Origin: Octopus bimaculoides
Lineage: Eukaryota
Length of the DNA: 50,111 nt
Assembly (NCBI RefSeq): GCF_001194135.2
Contig: NC_068982.1
Location: 2,388,349 to 2,438,459, forward strand
Direction: 5' to 3'
Position 1 is the stretch's first letter, and each line of letters starts with the position of its first letter. The notes below the pieces were generated by a model, which made no database searches, was not told the DNA's origin, and saw only the letters and a program-made list of their open reading frames with translations. Both the position numbers and the translations under genes were made by a program. Shown in pieces: positions 12,515 to 25,699 of this stretch.

Positions 12515-12820
12515 GTTAGAGTATAGTACAGAAAGAAAGAAACAAAAAAGAAAGAAAGAAAGCAGACTAACGCCGTTAGTAGGAGAGTTTAGAAAGGTAA
12601 TGGAAGAAGATGAAGTACTGTAAGTGAATAAATTAAGGACAAGATTTTCCATACTTTTTCACTTTTTCAATTTTTTTCACTTTTCTTGCTCTTAAGTAAA
12701 TTTAATTTCTTTTAAGTTCTCTTAACTTCGGTTACAATATTTCATTCTCCTCCTTTATCTTCGTAACCTCTCCTACTAACGGCGTTCTCTGTTATCTTTC
12801 TTCCTTTCCTTCTATACTAC
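12515..12820. repeat. Foldback / MITE-like inverted repeat
   Basis: Exact 19-bp inverted repeat AACGCCGTTAGTAGGAGAG at 12569-12587 and 12768-12786. It lies within imperfect ~110-bp purine-rich (left) and pyrimidine-rich (right) arms. Confidence 0.75.
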
Positions 12821-13489
12821 TACAAACCGATATTTTCAGACTTCCACTAATGCAATCCAAATTATACTCTTCCATTCAGCCATGTCCGAGGTTTTTTAAT
12901 TTGCTTTCCCCACTCTTGGGATTTTCTTCGGCTTAAAAACGTCTGATAACATGAATTTATTCAGACAAAATTGGTAATATTGTGTACATAATATATATTC
13001 GAAAATGTATGTATGTATAATATCGATCAAAATTATGTAGGAAAATTAATTGTTCCTTCCATACTTCTTGTTAATAATTATGCATTATATCTACGAGTGG
13101 TGTAAGTAAGAATATATTTATGCACGCTTATCATATACATATTTTAATGTATATATTTGTATTCGGGGGTGGGGGTATTAAATATATGGTTTGCGTCATG
13201 TGATGTTGCTGATTGGAGGTTTTATAATATTCATTGTGATTTACGTAACAATTGTTACATATTTATTGTATTAGATTATTGTATTGCACAATATGTGAAA
13301 CAGTATTGTTATAATTGTTTGGTTATATTGCTTGTTGATTCTGTGAACTGATTGTGTAGTCTCTTTGAGTATATGTGTGTGCGTGTGGTTGCGCATGCGC
13401 TTGTGCGTGCCTGTATGTCTATGCGTAGATGACTGTACACATACGCATGGAATATAAGGAGGATAAGCTTTCTTCATTGCCATCTATAT

Positions 13490-13748
13490 TGAATCAGTTA
13501 TCATTGTGTTAGTGCTTTGATCATCTGTCAGCTTCTGAATGAATTAGCAGTTACATTAGCAACACACATATTTCTCCTTGGTCAACAAATTTGTAAGTGT
13601 TAAATATAACATGAGAATTTTGAAGTATTTCAATATGCGAATGTAAACATTAACCTGAAACGTCCTGACAAAGCTAGAAGACATAAAACATCCTATTGTT
13701 TTACGAGACAATATTTGCATTTTCATCTTATGCGATTAGGAAATGCAT
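13490..13748 (+). repeat. Unclassified ~250-bp repeat, copy 2
   Basis: Direct-orientation homologue of 9495-9751. Confidence 0.85.
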
Positions 13749-15757
13749 AAACTACAGAAACTATTACTTTAAATCAAACGCAAATCGATAATATTCAGAG
13801 AATAATATTTTATATTTATAATTATCTTTTTTCTCACCTTCACTATCATGATATTCGTTGTCGCCATCGTCTTTCTATACATTGCCCACATTGCATATTG
13901 GCTGATTCAGTAAATCAACTAATGAAAGATTTTCATATTTATTCTGTTTATCCGTGTCTTTCCGATATGTGTTCCAATCCCACTTTGGCTAATTTTGCGA
14001 TTTGTCCTTATGAGTTTCATATGATTACATGCCAGAATGGATGACATCGCCTGTTAAACACCTTCCAAATGTGTTTTTTAAAGATCACCTCATTAAAATG
14101 ACCAAACTGTTTTCCACATTTCTGTGATTTCTGCTGCATTACAAGGAGATAATAGTGTCGGTGCATCTGTTTCAGCGTGTAGGGGTTGCTTATTCTTTCT
14201 GTTGATACGTTAATGCTTCGTCTCTTTGGCTCAGTAGGCTATGACATGTACTATGTGAAATACGATACTTCATGGGACGGTAATTGTGTTCTGTAAGTAG
14301 TGAGTTTTTTTAATGTAGAATAGTGTTTATATCTTTTATATACTGTGTATGCTGTGTATATCGTTATATTAATGGAAGAAGAATATAAAATAGAGAAGCC
14401 GTGGGCTATATCTTTGATGATGCTATATTATCGGCTGAAGATCTTGGAAACTATTTTCTTTCTTCATTAGCTGATTACAGGGCACAGCGGGTGCAACGTG
14501 GGAGGACTTTTGTATTGTGTAATGATTTTGTAGTATGCATTACATGAGATTTGATATTTTGTGGGAATCAGATGTTTAGAAAATGTGACGTATGACTTCT
14601 TGTGAATTGTGTCGCGTAGGTTATAGATTATACATGGATATTATTTTAGATGCGAACCCTACAGACATATGAATGTTTATCCACGTTCTTTATAACACCT
14701 AAATTACCAATTATATTTGGAAGTGTCTTTTTTTTTTCATTTCAAGATCATATTACGGTGATATAGTTTCCATCTAACACTCGGGAAGGGAAATATTTTG
14801 ATGAGAAATATACAGAAATGTATATTGCGCAAAATAGTTTTTCTTTTCTCTTCACTATATTAATACATAAGCGATTTGCGTTCATTCTCTGTGTAAGAAA
14901 AACCACTTTTAAGATTTTTGAAGTTAGCCCTCCATCGTTTTGAGTCTGTGTAGAACTCTTTCATTGGTTTTCCCGTCGAATTGACGGCACAGCTCCCAAC
15001 TCATTTGGGTCTCTAAATATTAACTGATTTTGCAAGAACTCGCCTATTTATTTTCTCTTAGTTTATTGAGTTGATAATATTCATAAGTCAGTCTCAATTA
15101 ACAATATTATATAATTATATAATTTGGTATTTGACCTCGGTTTACTGCAGCTAACATCTCACGTTCTCTTTTTATGTTTCTGTCCATAGATTTTTATATT
15201 ACATTTATCAATTTGTGCTGCAGGATTCCTGACCTGAAACCGTCTGTTGAAACGCAATTCTTATATCTCGGTATGGTTATTTCTTTTCTTCTTTTCTCTC
15301 CAAAAAAAACATACGCATTACATATTCATGCTTCACTCGTTTATCAATGTTCTTATTTTACCTTATGTCACACATCTGCGAACTTTTCCGTCCACATATG
15401 TCCTGCTTCTCTGCTTAGTCCATTCTTAGTGCAATGACTTAAAAAATGACCCTCCCCATTTTTATATTATTTGGCTTTAAAACCTACTGCTAATATCTCC
15501 AATCAGGTTTACGAGTATTGGCATTCAGTTATTTTCTGTCGATTTTTTACTATACAAAATATTGAAGCATTTTAAATAATTTGTGAGATAATCTTTACCT
15601 AAGTATTTTTTTCTGATCATTTATAGATATCATGTCGGAATTCATTGATTTCACATAGAGAGTAAACGTGTTCTTAGTTTCTTCACATTCCCTAATTGTA
15701 CTCGTTAGATTCTCTTTTCCTGCTATAGAGAGACAAGCTGGCTGTTGGAATTTGCAG

Positions 15758-15791
<34 letters not shown>

Positions 15792-17029
15792 NNNNNNNNN
15801 NNNNNNNNNNNNNNNNNNNNNNNNNNNNNNNNNNNNNNNNNNNNNNNNNNNNNNNNNNNNNNNNNNNNNNNNNNNNNNNNNNNNNNNNNNNNNNNNNNNN
15901 NNNNNNNNNNNNNNNNNNNNNNNNNNNNNNNNNNNNNNNNNNNNNNNNNNNNNNNNNNNNNNNNNNNNNNNNNNNNNNNNNNNNNNNNNNNNNNNNNNNN
16001 NNNNNNNNNNNNNNNNNNNNNNNNNNNNNNNNNNNNNNNNNNNNNNNNNNNNNNNNNNNNNNNNNNNNNNNNNNNNNNNNNNNNNNNNNNNNNNNNNNNN
16101 NNNNNNNNNNNNNNNNNNNNNNNNNNNNNNNNNNNNNNNNNNNNNNNNNNNNNNNNNNNNNNNNNNNNNNNNNNNNNNNNNNNNNNNNNNNNNNNNNNNN
16201 NNNNNNNNNNNNNNNNNNNNNNNNNNNNNNNNNNNNNNNNNNNNNNNNNNNNNNNNNNNNNNNNNNNNNNNNNNNNNNNNNNNNATATATATATATATAT
16301 ACTGTATATGCACTGTATAATACTTAGCATATAACATTACGATTTTATGGTTGTCACTTTTAGGTCATTTAATACATCTTGAAATTTACATTTGTTAATT
16401 TTCAATGAAAATACTGCAAATTACTGTAACATTTGTAGCTCTTAAGTTGCTGCTCGTTCACATATTTGCCTGTTGAAGTTGCTTTATATTCAAGACCTCA
16501 CTCTACTGAAAGGAAAGTGTATAGCAAAGCTATGGCTGCAATAACGGTATAAGTGTAAGCTTCGAATTTACGAAGGTTACTCACGCTGACATGACAAATG
16601 GAATAACAAAATGGACTAAAGATTAACGAAAATGCGTCGCTGTGAGGTGATATAGGAATATAAACACATTGGTCAACGGGAATCTTTCTAATATTCAATT
16701 CTCTTTTCAGTTCTTCATATTTTCCATGCTTAATCCATCAAATTGAATATGCTTAAATATCAAGAACACATATGTTCACGCATCCATATACTGATGCACT
16801 CCAGTACCGTTACCTAACTCCAGCCATCAGAACATATATGTATATATATACATGTACATTAATGTGTGTGTGTGTGTGTGTAAATACCTATGTCTATATA
16901 TGTACACATATGCAAGCATATGCATATACACGTATATACATCTGTCTATGTCTATATATCATCTATCTGTCTATCTATCTACCTCTCTCTCTCTCTCTCT
17001 CTCTCTCNNNNNNNNNNNNNNNNNNNNNN

Positions 17030-17075
<46 letters not shown>

Positions 17076-17879
17076 AATAAATGTGTGCGTGTGTGTGTGT
17101 ATGTGTGTGTGCGTGTGCATATATGCATACATTTATAGAGTAGGCGGTGTATAAACTAAAAATGTTCTATGGTCGGAAACCTACTTTTATTTTTAGCACT
17201 TGTCAAATCTAATTTTCCCTGGAAGTGGTTTTATGATTTGAAGTGCGTTGTGAGTACATGCAGCGAAGCCTTTATTTCTATATTTGTATTACCGTGATAC
17301 TTTGATGTAAATTATACAGCATAATAACACCAATGCATATGTAAGAGACGAGAAACAACTCAATACAGGTGATAATATTGTAGCATTGTTACCTCCATAT
17401 TTGCATTAAATGAAATCTACTTCTACCATTAAAACATCGATTCCATGCATTTTAGGTTACAGAAATGCATAAGATAAAAATACGTTTGGATGACAGAGTG
17501 CTCGTCTAATATTCTTAGATTCATATTCCCGTAAAAATTACGATTATATGACGAAACTCAGAGAAATGTCTGAATCAATCCTCCCTCATCGTAGAATGTT
17601 CTATTATGTTGTTGATAAATGGCTTATCGTTTGCTATCGCACTTTCTTTATGTTTAACTCCATTTTGTTATTCCCTTTTCGCGTGTCTGCATAAGTGCCT
17701 GTTTGAACTTTTCTATGTATATGTATAAGATGCAATATATCTATTGAAAGATATTATGAACTACCTTTGTCCCACCGAATGATAAAATTACGATTGTAGC
17801 GATGAATATAGAAGAAAATATTTCAGAGTAAGAATACAAAGATTCTACCGAATCTAATGCAAAATTCGGTGTGCCTTTT

Positions 17880-18720
17880 CCTTTTATTCACTTCCATTTT
17901 TCGTTCAAATTGAACACGTTGGTAGAGTAACCGCTGCTCAATACATTGTCTATCACATTCTTTCTTTCCTTTTCGACTGGTAGTTATGCCCTTTTAATTT
18001 ATACAGCATCAGTATAGAATTCCTTTTCATCATTGCGATTTTTTAATATAATGACAGCCCGTGATCCTGGGAAACCTTTCTATCATATATTAGAGAGTTT
18101 TCGTTGATGTCAACTCGACATGTCACACCCATTACAATAAATAACTTTTCCTTGTCGACGATTACAATGTGAATCCTTTGTATCCTATACTTTCGTTTTC
18201 TACAGGAAATGCCTACAGCAACCTTATTTCATAGCTATCCAGGACTTCTGTTTCTATTATCTAAAAGGATTTTTCTGTACATGTGATGCCAAATTTCCTG
18301 CAAAATTCCCACGAATTGTTGCAACAATCTTATCATGCCAGCACATATCTCGCATTCTATCGGAATATTCTTAGTCAGCTCAGAAACTAACTGCAAGCAT
18401 TCTGTTAGAATATAAATCATTATTTTATCTCAACCATTGTCTTCTCTGGATATGAGTGAGCAGTCATCTTCGTATAGCGTGCGCTTGATCCAAATTACCT
18501 TTACAGTCCGTTCCTGTGCAACCATGGCTGTTTTCATCTTCAGTATGCATTCTTCTCACCATGCCTAACTTTCGTTTTCATCATTCATCTTTTGCTGCTG
18601 AAAACGTTTGAGTGAATCTTCTTTCTTTTAAACTTGCATCCATTTTTTCCACATTCACTGTCTTTCCTTTTTGGATTCTTCACATTCTATAAATAGTCAT
18701 ATACTTGTTTCTATAAGGTG
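17880..18720 (-). mobile_element. Old R4/Dong-like LINE, C-terminal CCHC/RLE region
   Basis: Frameshifted translations ES*AW*EECILKMKTAMVAQE, IYILTEC, WHDKIVATI and IHIVIVDKEKLFIVMGVTCRVDIN resemble the SWxWL...AAQEQ, HIxSxC, RHDxVA and PDIVIxDK motifs. Confidence 0.65.
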
Positions 18721-18879
18721 AGAACGGAGTAGAGAATTGGTTAAGCAGAAATTGATGAGGAATAAACGTTAACAACTTACGGTAGTTATCCATGAAAAGG
18801 CGACTATATTAGAGCCAGTAACGTTTACTAATGAAATAGTGATAGAGAACTACAGCATAAGTGGAGCTCTGATTAGGAA

Positions 18880-20160
18880 CGCTGAAGAGGCGATGGGTAA
18901 GGCATTGCTGGTGGTTTTTTGAGGGCGAGATTAGACCTCAACAATTTATCCACGTGAAGTACGAAGTTAATGTTATCAAAGTTAGGACGTGTACTCAAAC
19001 ACATGCAAGAGCAAAAGCTATTTGTTGGACTCGGGTATACGAAGCACAACGTGGCGACAGTCCACAATTCGGTTTTTGACAGATCAGAATGAGAGAGTGT
19101 TATTCGATTCCAAGCAATTAATTTGAAGATTTCCAGTAGCACTTCGCTCACCTCTTTGGTGTACTCCGGGTCTGAGCTAAATGTTCACTTTAGTGCTTAG
19201 TTTGACGACCTGCTGCGGTCCTCAGCTAGAGACGAACATTTGAGGGAAGGTTGATAACGGCTGATGAAACCAGAGAAGCAATGGTTGTCCGAGAAATCGC
19301 TTTGATTAGTGAGTCTAGTCCACGACATGTATCTTTATGTGAAAGACATGTTCGGATAAGTCAAACGAGAGAGTTCCCAGAACTGGGAAATGAGGTGGGC
19401 CAGTGTTGTTGAAGAAGGACTCGGATATGGGGATTATTTTTTAAAAGTTCAGGCCCGTAACTCTGCTAAATGCAGCGTTGAAGATTTTGGCCATGTTATC
19501 AGGTAAGACGGTGGCGTTTGTTATCGATATTGTGGTCGGCCACACAGTGATATACGTCATCCCAATCAGGTTTATCTACGAGAGCTTTCGCCTTGCGCGA
19601 TACAAATAATACTTAGCGGTGGTAGCGTCTGATCAGTATAAATCAGTCGGAAGTTTTCTATAGCGTTGATTGTGAATACCTGGTGGTTGTTCTTACTGCG
19701 GCTGGTTTCCGTCCTGTCTTCAGTTATGTGATCACTGCCATGTACGACGACATCTGCTCAATGGTCAAAGTAAATATGCATTCATTGAAACCGTCCGGTT
19801 TCAGACTTTCGGCCCATAAGTTTGTCTCTCTCACAGCCACATGACGTGATGGTGTCCGAACTAGTAATGCTGAAGTGCTGGAGATCGATGGCATACCTGA
19901 TCAATTAGATTGTAAGAGAAGTGGGCAACATATGCGGACGACGTCACCCTAATGGCGTCGGGTACCACGGACATTGACGTGATTGGTATTGTTCGGAGCT
20001 CTTCGGAATCGGTGAGAGGAGCAACAATTATACGTCAAACGTCGATGGTTCTCCAGCTCGGGTCCTGGAGATGCACAGCCGTGCTGCCCGACTACTCCAC
20101 ATGAGGGTGCTACTCGGATGAAACAGTTGAATTGTTTAAATGGGGAAGTAGTGAAATGAG
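18880..20160 (+). mobile_element. L1/Tx1-clade LINE, decayed RT region
   Basis: Plus-strand translations: HFAHLFG, ITADETREAM, FRPVTLLNAALKILA, YLVVVLTAAGFRPVF, TAMYDDICSMVKVN, YADDVTLMASGTTDIDVIG (RT YADD), LQLGSW. Confidence 0.88.
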
Positions 20161-20164
20161 GTGA

Positions 20165-20625
20165 CGAGCAGGACATAAGTTTTATAATTAATTATATGAT
20201 ATAAATGATCGGGGTGGTGGTGAATGTAAATGTGGAATGACGTAGGATTGCAGAATAAACCTGTTACTACGCTGCCATCTGAAAGTTTAACTTTTCTATC
20301 CAAAAGTTCGAAGTTATTTTTGGAAAAACACCACGAGAATTGTATTTTAGATTTGAAGTCGTAGTTTTGTGCGAAACAGTTACAGTAACACAAATTAACA
20401 ATCTTGCATTCTTTCCCAGACAAAACTGGGCCGTCGTTAATACACCAGAACATTGGTTCATGACCGCGAAGAGATTAACTGTTTCAAAATTTCTTATGAA
20501 ATCGTTAGCGAAATTAACTGCCGTAGGGTCATCCATGGCACGTCCATTTGTTTGGTGTTAAAGTATTTGTTTTAACTTTATTGTGTTAGATTTTAACAGA
20601 AACTTCAAAACTTAACTACGAAAAT
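20165..20625 (-). mobile_element. Penelope-like element RT, C-terminal half
   Basis: LKFLLKSN..QTNGRAMDDPTAVNFANDF (cf. QxxGxAMGxxxAPxYANLF). CINDG is a YIDD remnant. KIQFSW...LLDRKVKLSDGSVVTGLFCNPT (cf. IKFT...FLD...T.LY.KPT). Confidence 0.85.
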
Positions 20626-20739
20626 TTGAGGGACGCATTTCGTTGACCTTTTTTCAAAAATCCAAATTGGTAGCCAAATGAAGTTTGGAAGGGCTGTACA
20701 CAAATACTAAAAGGATGTCTTAGAGAAAGTCTTAAAGGA

Positions 20740-21290
20740 ACCTGGAATAATGTCACAAACTGCCAGCATAACACATTCCATCATTTAGCTAATAATGATT
20801 CTATTTTTAAAATGCCAGATTGAGGGATGCTATTGTAATTATAGACAAAGATGGAGATGTTTAAACTCGTGTACAAGTTAACCCCAACCACAATTACACA
20901 AAGGTACGTGACAAAATGACTTTGGGAATAGAGGAAAAGGATTTCATAAATGGCAGTGAAACAAGAATTTTGCAGTCAGAGCAAAAAAAGAAAAAAAAGA
21001 AAGAAAAGAAAACGCCTGTATTTTATGGCCGTCTAAGATACACAAAAAAAGGTTGAAACATTTCCTTCATCACACTCACTTTGCAGCGCCGGTATGAATG
21101 GTGCAGGCCACGGTTTTAGAGTGGTCGGATCATTTGTTTTGTAGGTTGTAGCACAATATCGGTTTTTAATATTCGTGATACGTTTCTTTTTATTTCTAAA
21201 ATTAATAATTATTCTAAACGCAGAAATAATACCGAAAATTCTTTCTCGGGAAATAAAATGTATATTTATTCTCAACACATATCATTAGGT
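20740..21290 (+). mobile_element. Penelope-like element RT, N-terminal half, inverted relative to the C-terminal half
   Basis: NNVTNCQHNTFHHLANNDSIFKMPD*G/DAIVIIDK (cf. NL...L..N..IIIKPADKG.AVVI.DK). TPVFYG/PSKIHK (cf. FYGLPKIHK). IRDTFLFISKIN. Confidence 0.8.
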
Positions 21291-21379
21291 GTTCTCTTTT
21301 CTGTTATACATCATAATATCTGGTCTACGCTATTTCAATGGTTTTGTTCGTCCGAAAGTTATCCATAAGTGAATAATCG

Positions 21380-22300
21380 GTAATACAGTTATTTGATTTT
21401 CGCCTGAAATGTCTTCCCCATAATTTTTACCACGTCATAAGTGTAAAATAATACAAGCCCTGTCATGATCTCGTTTGCATAATTTCTGTGCAAGCATTTT
21501 GCTGGCTGTTATAACGATTGATACTTGCCAGTCTCTGATTACATTCGTGGCAAATGCCGTTAAAACACCGCTATAATTATCCATACCCTCTGAAATACCT
21601 TATGAACTGGAGTAAGCACATCTTTTCCATTTTACATTCAAAGCCTTCTCTCACGGCGAGTCAAGATCTTTTGTTTTTATATCCATGGTGTTTCTTTGTG
21701 AAATATCCATGTAACTACATAATTTCCAGTTTTACGTTCACAAATGCTGATCTTTGGTATCTATTTTTTCTTTTCAATTCATCACAAATAAGTTGTAGTT
21801 CTACCACAGCAGGTTTATGTAATTCTTTGGGCACTCTTCAGAGACCTTTGTTCTGCAGCAACCCTTTCAGGAAAGCTGATAAGCCCTCTCCTTTCAATCC
21901 TCTCTTTCATGTATATACGGTTGATATATTTGTTTTCGGGTGAAAGCTCGGATTTTTCTTGTTTCATCCAACTCACATTTCTAGAACTATAATGCATGTT
22001 GGTAAACGCTCACATGCTGTTCTCATTTATCATATTCTTTGAATTACGTTTCGTCTTTAATACCTTCTCTTCATTTGCTTACGCGTAATATCGCTGAGTT
22101 CCAGTTTATGGAGATACTTGAATCCATTATCATTTCGTTCTTAATCTGCTCTTCTGATACACATATTCAATTAAAATTGTTTCTTTGCTCTTTGGTCATG
22201 AGTTAGAGCTGCAGTACACCTTTCCTCTCTTAGAAAGTCAACTGAACTATTTTCCCGATTTCATGTCTTCCATGCAGAATGGAAGATTTACAACTGGTGC
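21380..22300 (-). mobile_element. Old R4/Dong-like LINE, post-RT and CCHC region
   Basis: GFKYLHKLELSDI, RIYMKERIERRGLISFPE (cf. RLY..R..GGRGL) and MLAQKLCKRDHDRACIILH (cf. LAQ.EYK.RHD.VA..IHW). Confidence 0.7.
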
Positions 22301-22895
22301 ATTCCTCCATAGTTTGTATTTCAAGTCGGATTTTTCTTTTTACAATTAAGATAAAGTGTAAGATCAATCAGAAATAACAGTCAGAGAAAGAGGCAAAATT
22401 AGAAGAAACCTCTCTTAATAGCAATACGTCACAGAGATTACATGTTTGCCATGAAGGTCGTTTTGAATACGTTATCCTAGTAGATAGAATTTTGAGAATA
22501 TTTTCAGCTGTGCCATTCCAGTTTAAGGCAATATGCTGAACCCATTTGAAATCAGTGTGCCATGCTGAGGTAAGCTGGACGTCTCTTCCAGCAAATCATT
22601 AATATTTTGTGAATGATGGTCTCCCTTGTCTTCTAATCGTTTCCTACGCCCGCTTTTTTAGCAGACAGTGATCAGTTTGCATCGAAACAACATGGTGTAT
22701 AAAAACCGAGTGAAACAAGGTTTATTTAAGGAGACAACCCTGGTAAAACTACCTGACGAGAAGTTTATCCATCAAGGGGTGCACGACAACCAGTTGTACC
22801 GGATCTCACACGCGTCGAATCGATTCTGGATGGGTCGAAACGATCGGTGTGAGCCATAAAGTTTCTCGTATATTCCATTTTCCGTCTCTACCATT

Positions 22896-22932
<37 letters not shown>

Positions 22933-23158
22933 NNNNNNNNNNNNNNNNNNNNNNNNNNNNNNNNNNNNNNNNNNNNNNNNNNNNNNNNNNNNNNNNNNNN
23001 NNNNNNNNNNNNNNNNNNNNNNNNNNNNNNNNNNNNNNNNNNNNNNNNNNNNNNNNNNNNNNNNNNNNNNNNNNNNNNNNNNNNNNNNNNNNNNNNNNNN
23101 NNNNNNNNNNNNNNNNNNNNNNNNNNNNNNNNNNNNNNNNNNNNNNNNNNNNNNNNNN

Positions 23159-23209
<51 letters not shown>

Positions 23210-23339
23210 TATATATATGTATGTATCTATGTATGTATGTCTGTATGTATGTCTGTATGTATGTATCGCTGGTAAAAATGAGTCTTTAATTCTTTATTGA
23301 TTTGATTGTGGCATTCTTTTCCATTTCATCCCAAATTAC

Positions 23340-23700
23340 TTGACTAAGTCGTCTTCTCATTTTGGTGGCAGATTTCCGAGTAATATTTTCTGATATCTTG
23401 GATAACACTTGGCAAATATATAGGCCCAGATGTACTCTGTGCACCTCGGCATATGGCCACGCCAGTGGAACTTGTGCTTACGTACTCGAATAATCTCTTT
23501 TTTGTCGTAGCTAATCGATGTTCTTCGCTCTTCGCAGTAGCTCATTTCGCAAGTAGAACAGTGAATTTGAATCGTCTGGCATCTATGGTCTTTCCCAATT
23601 TCGCTTTCATCACATTTTTAAAGTTAAAGACCTTTTCTCTTATCGTTACTCTCTTCGACACTTCAGCACGTGTGTCTCGGAGAAAATTCATTGTGTATCT
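23340..23700 (-). mobile_element. RTE-clade LINE, decayed 3' end of ORF
   Basis: KFHWRGHMPRCTEYIW...CYPR...LGNLPPK*EDDL (cf. KWxWAGHxxR...W...P...R.RGRP..RW.DDL). Upstream KAKLGKTIDARRFKFTVL. Confidence 0.75.
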
Positions 23701-24584
23701 TGAAGATAACTTCTTTGGATTTCATTGCTTCCCACCTCTATTCATACACGAACATACACGCGCGCGCGCATTTTGCAGAGACCCTAAAATACATTTTGCC
23801 ATTTGAATCTCTATATCTCAGTTTTTACTTCAAGAAGTACATGCTATACAAAACGTATTAGTCCACATTTATTCATTATAACAGAATTTTACGAGGCAGG
23901 GATATATGCTTTCATTCGAAGGTGGAACATTGCTATTGAGAGAAACGCTGACTATATTGAGAAGTAGGAATGCGATCCAGAGAGGACGAGCTTCATTTTG
24001 ATGTATGATACATGTTCCTGTGTTGGTAATTATACCTGCCCTAAACAAAATGGCATTATTTTTTTACTCACTCTCGTATCTAGATTCAAATAGCAAAATT
24101 GTTTTTTAGGGTTTCAGCAAAAATTATATATGCATATTCTGGACTTTTTTATTTATTTATTACATTCCTAATGCATGTTTAGATATATCAGTATATGCGG
24201 GCGCGTTTGACTTTATGTGTTTGTTTGTGTGTAAGGATGTGTGATCAGGCGAAATCAATGCAACATAAACTGACTATTAATTTGCATAGGATAAGAACAA
24301 TACTTCCGCACACTCAAATGCAACATGGCATGTGTCTCGTGGAACATAACTTCTAGCTGCAATCAGCGTTAGATTCACTTAAATAATTACAAAATTAATG
24401 AATTGTCTGTTTTGGTATGTTTTGATCTTTCCCACCTATATATATATATATATNNNNNNNNNNNNNNNNNNNNNNNNNNNTATATATATAAGTATATATA
24501 TACACACACACACACACAAATAATCAAACATGCATACATACATATAAGTGTATGTATACATATATGCATGCATGAATGTATGTC

Positions 24585-24690
24585 ATTTTTCAGTTTTATT
24601 GCAAGATTTTTGCCAATAAAAGAAGAGCAGACATCTAACCTAGATCCAAGACTTCTTCATTGGAATTTCAAAGTATGTATGGATATATGT
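24585..24690 (-). mobile_element. 3' tail of the (CATA)n-associated R4-like LINE (solo)
   Basis: tcatttttcagttttattgcaagattt...ctaacctagatccaagacttcttcattggaatttca is homologous to the tail joined to RLE coding sequence at 40082-40920. Confidence 0.8.
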
Positions 24691-24779
24691 ATGTACGCTT
24701 GTAAGCAATCAGCTCTGAAATACGAAAAGATACAATACACAGTAAAATACGAGCGAGTTTAATGTCATTTGGGACTAAA

Positions 24780-25620
24780 ACATCATGAACAGGAAGATTG
24801 AATGGGAAATTTTAAAATGGATATCAGAAATAACAGGTGTGAAAAGCTGACTGAATTTTTAGAAAGTAGAAACAGATTGTTGAAGATTAAATTAAATTGA
24901 CAAATAGTTAAAAAAAACGGAAAACACAATATATTGTATATCGTAAATAAACGCATAAATTAGCTAGCCACTTGAAAACATTACCCTAAGGAGAATATTT
25001 ATGCTTAAAATAAGATAATAACAGAATTCGATTAGAATATCCGTTGAAGTTAAATTTCTCTTCACAGCTGTCGCCGAAATTCTTGTAAAATGAGCGGTTG
25101 TACGCAACCTGGAATAAGGTTTTTTCATTTTTCATTTTAAGCCACAACGTAACTGAATTTCGGAAAATTGAATCGACAAAATATTGGTTATGAACTCACA
25201 CTTAATAGACGAGGCTACACGCTTTGCCTTCGAGTTGTGTATTTTATCAACCCCGTGCATTTAGCAGACGCATAGATAAGGATTAAAACCTATAGCACAC
25301 AAGCGTCATGCAGCGAAAAATTGTGGATCCCAAAAATGACAGAACTTCTTATCAGTAGGAAACAAAAGGTGGAAGAAAATTGAAAATATATCATAAATAT
25401 AGAAAGAGAGTAAACAGAATAAGTGCGTCAAACAAATGATTAACAGTTATGTTAGAGAATGGAAAGTGAATAAGTTAGGCGCACGCAGCAGAGGGAAAGA
25501 AGACTAAACAAGGGAAAAAAGTGACAAGGAGAAACGGGATGGAGAAGATAATTGATGCTACATGGATGAGTGCAACAGAGCAAGTAATTGATTGGAACAG
25601 GTTTCGATTTACAGGAATGG
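24780..25620 (+). mobile_element. Possible very old RTE-like 3' fragments
   Basis: Weak resemblances only: KIEWEILKWISEIT, VREWKVNKLGARSRG, TEQVIDWNRFR. Confidence 0.25.
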
Positions 25621-25663
25621 TAACACAATGTATGATCATGTATGTACATATATAGGTATATGC

Positions 25664-25699
<36 letters not shown>

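Noticed and set aside
19191-19300. Hammerhead-like words CTGAGGA (minus, ~19220) and CTGATGA (plus, 19261)
   Set aside because: Neither has GAAA correctly placed after stem II. Both lie within Tx1 coding sequence (DDLLRSSARDE, ITADETREAM).
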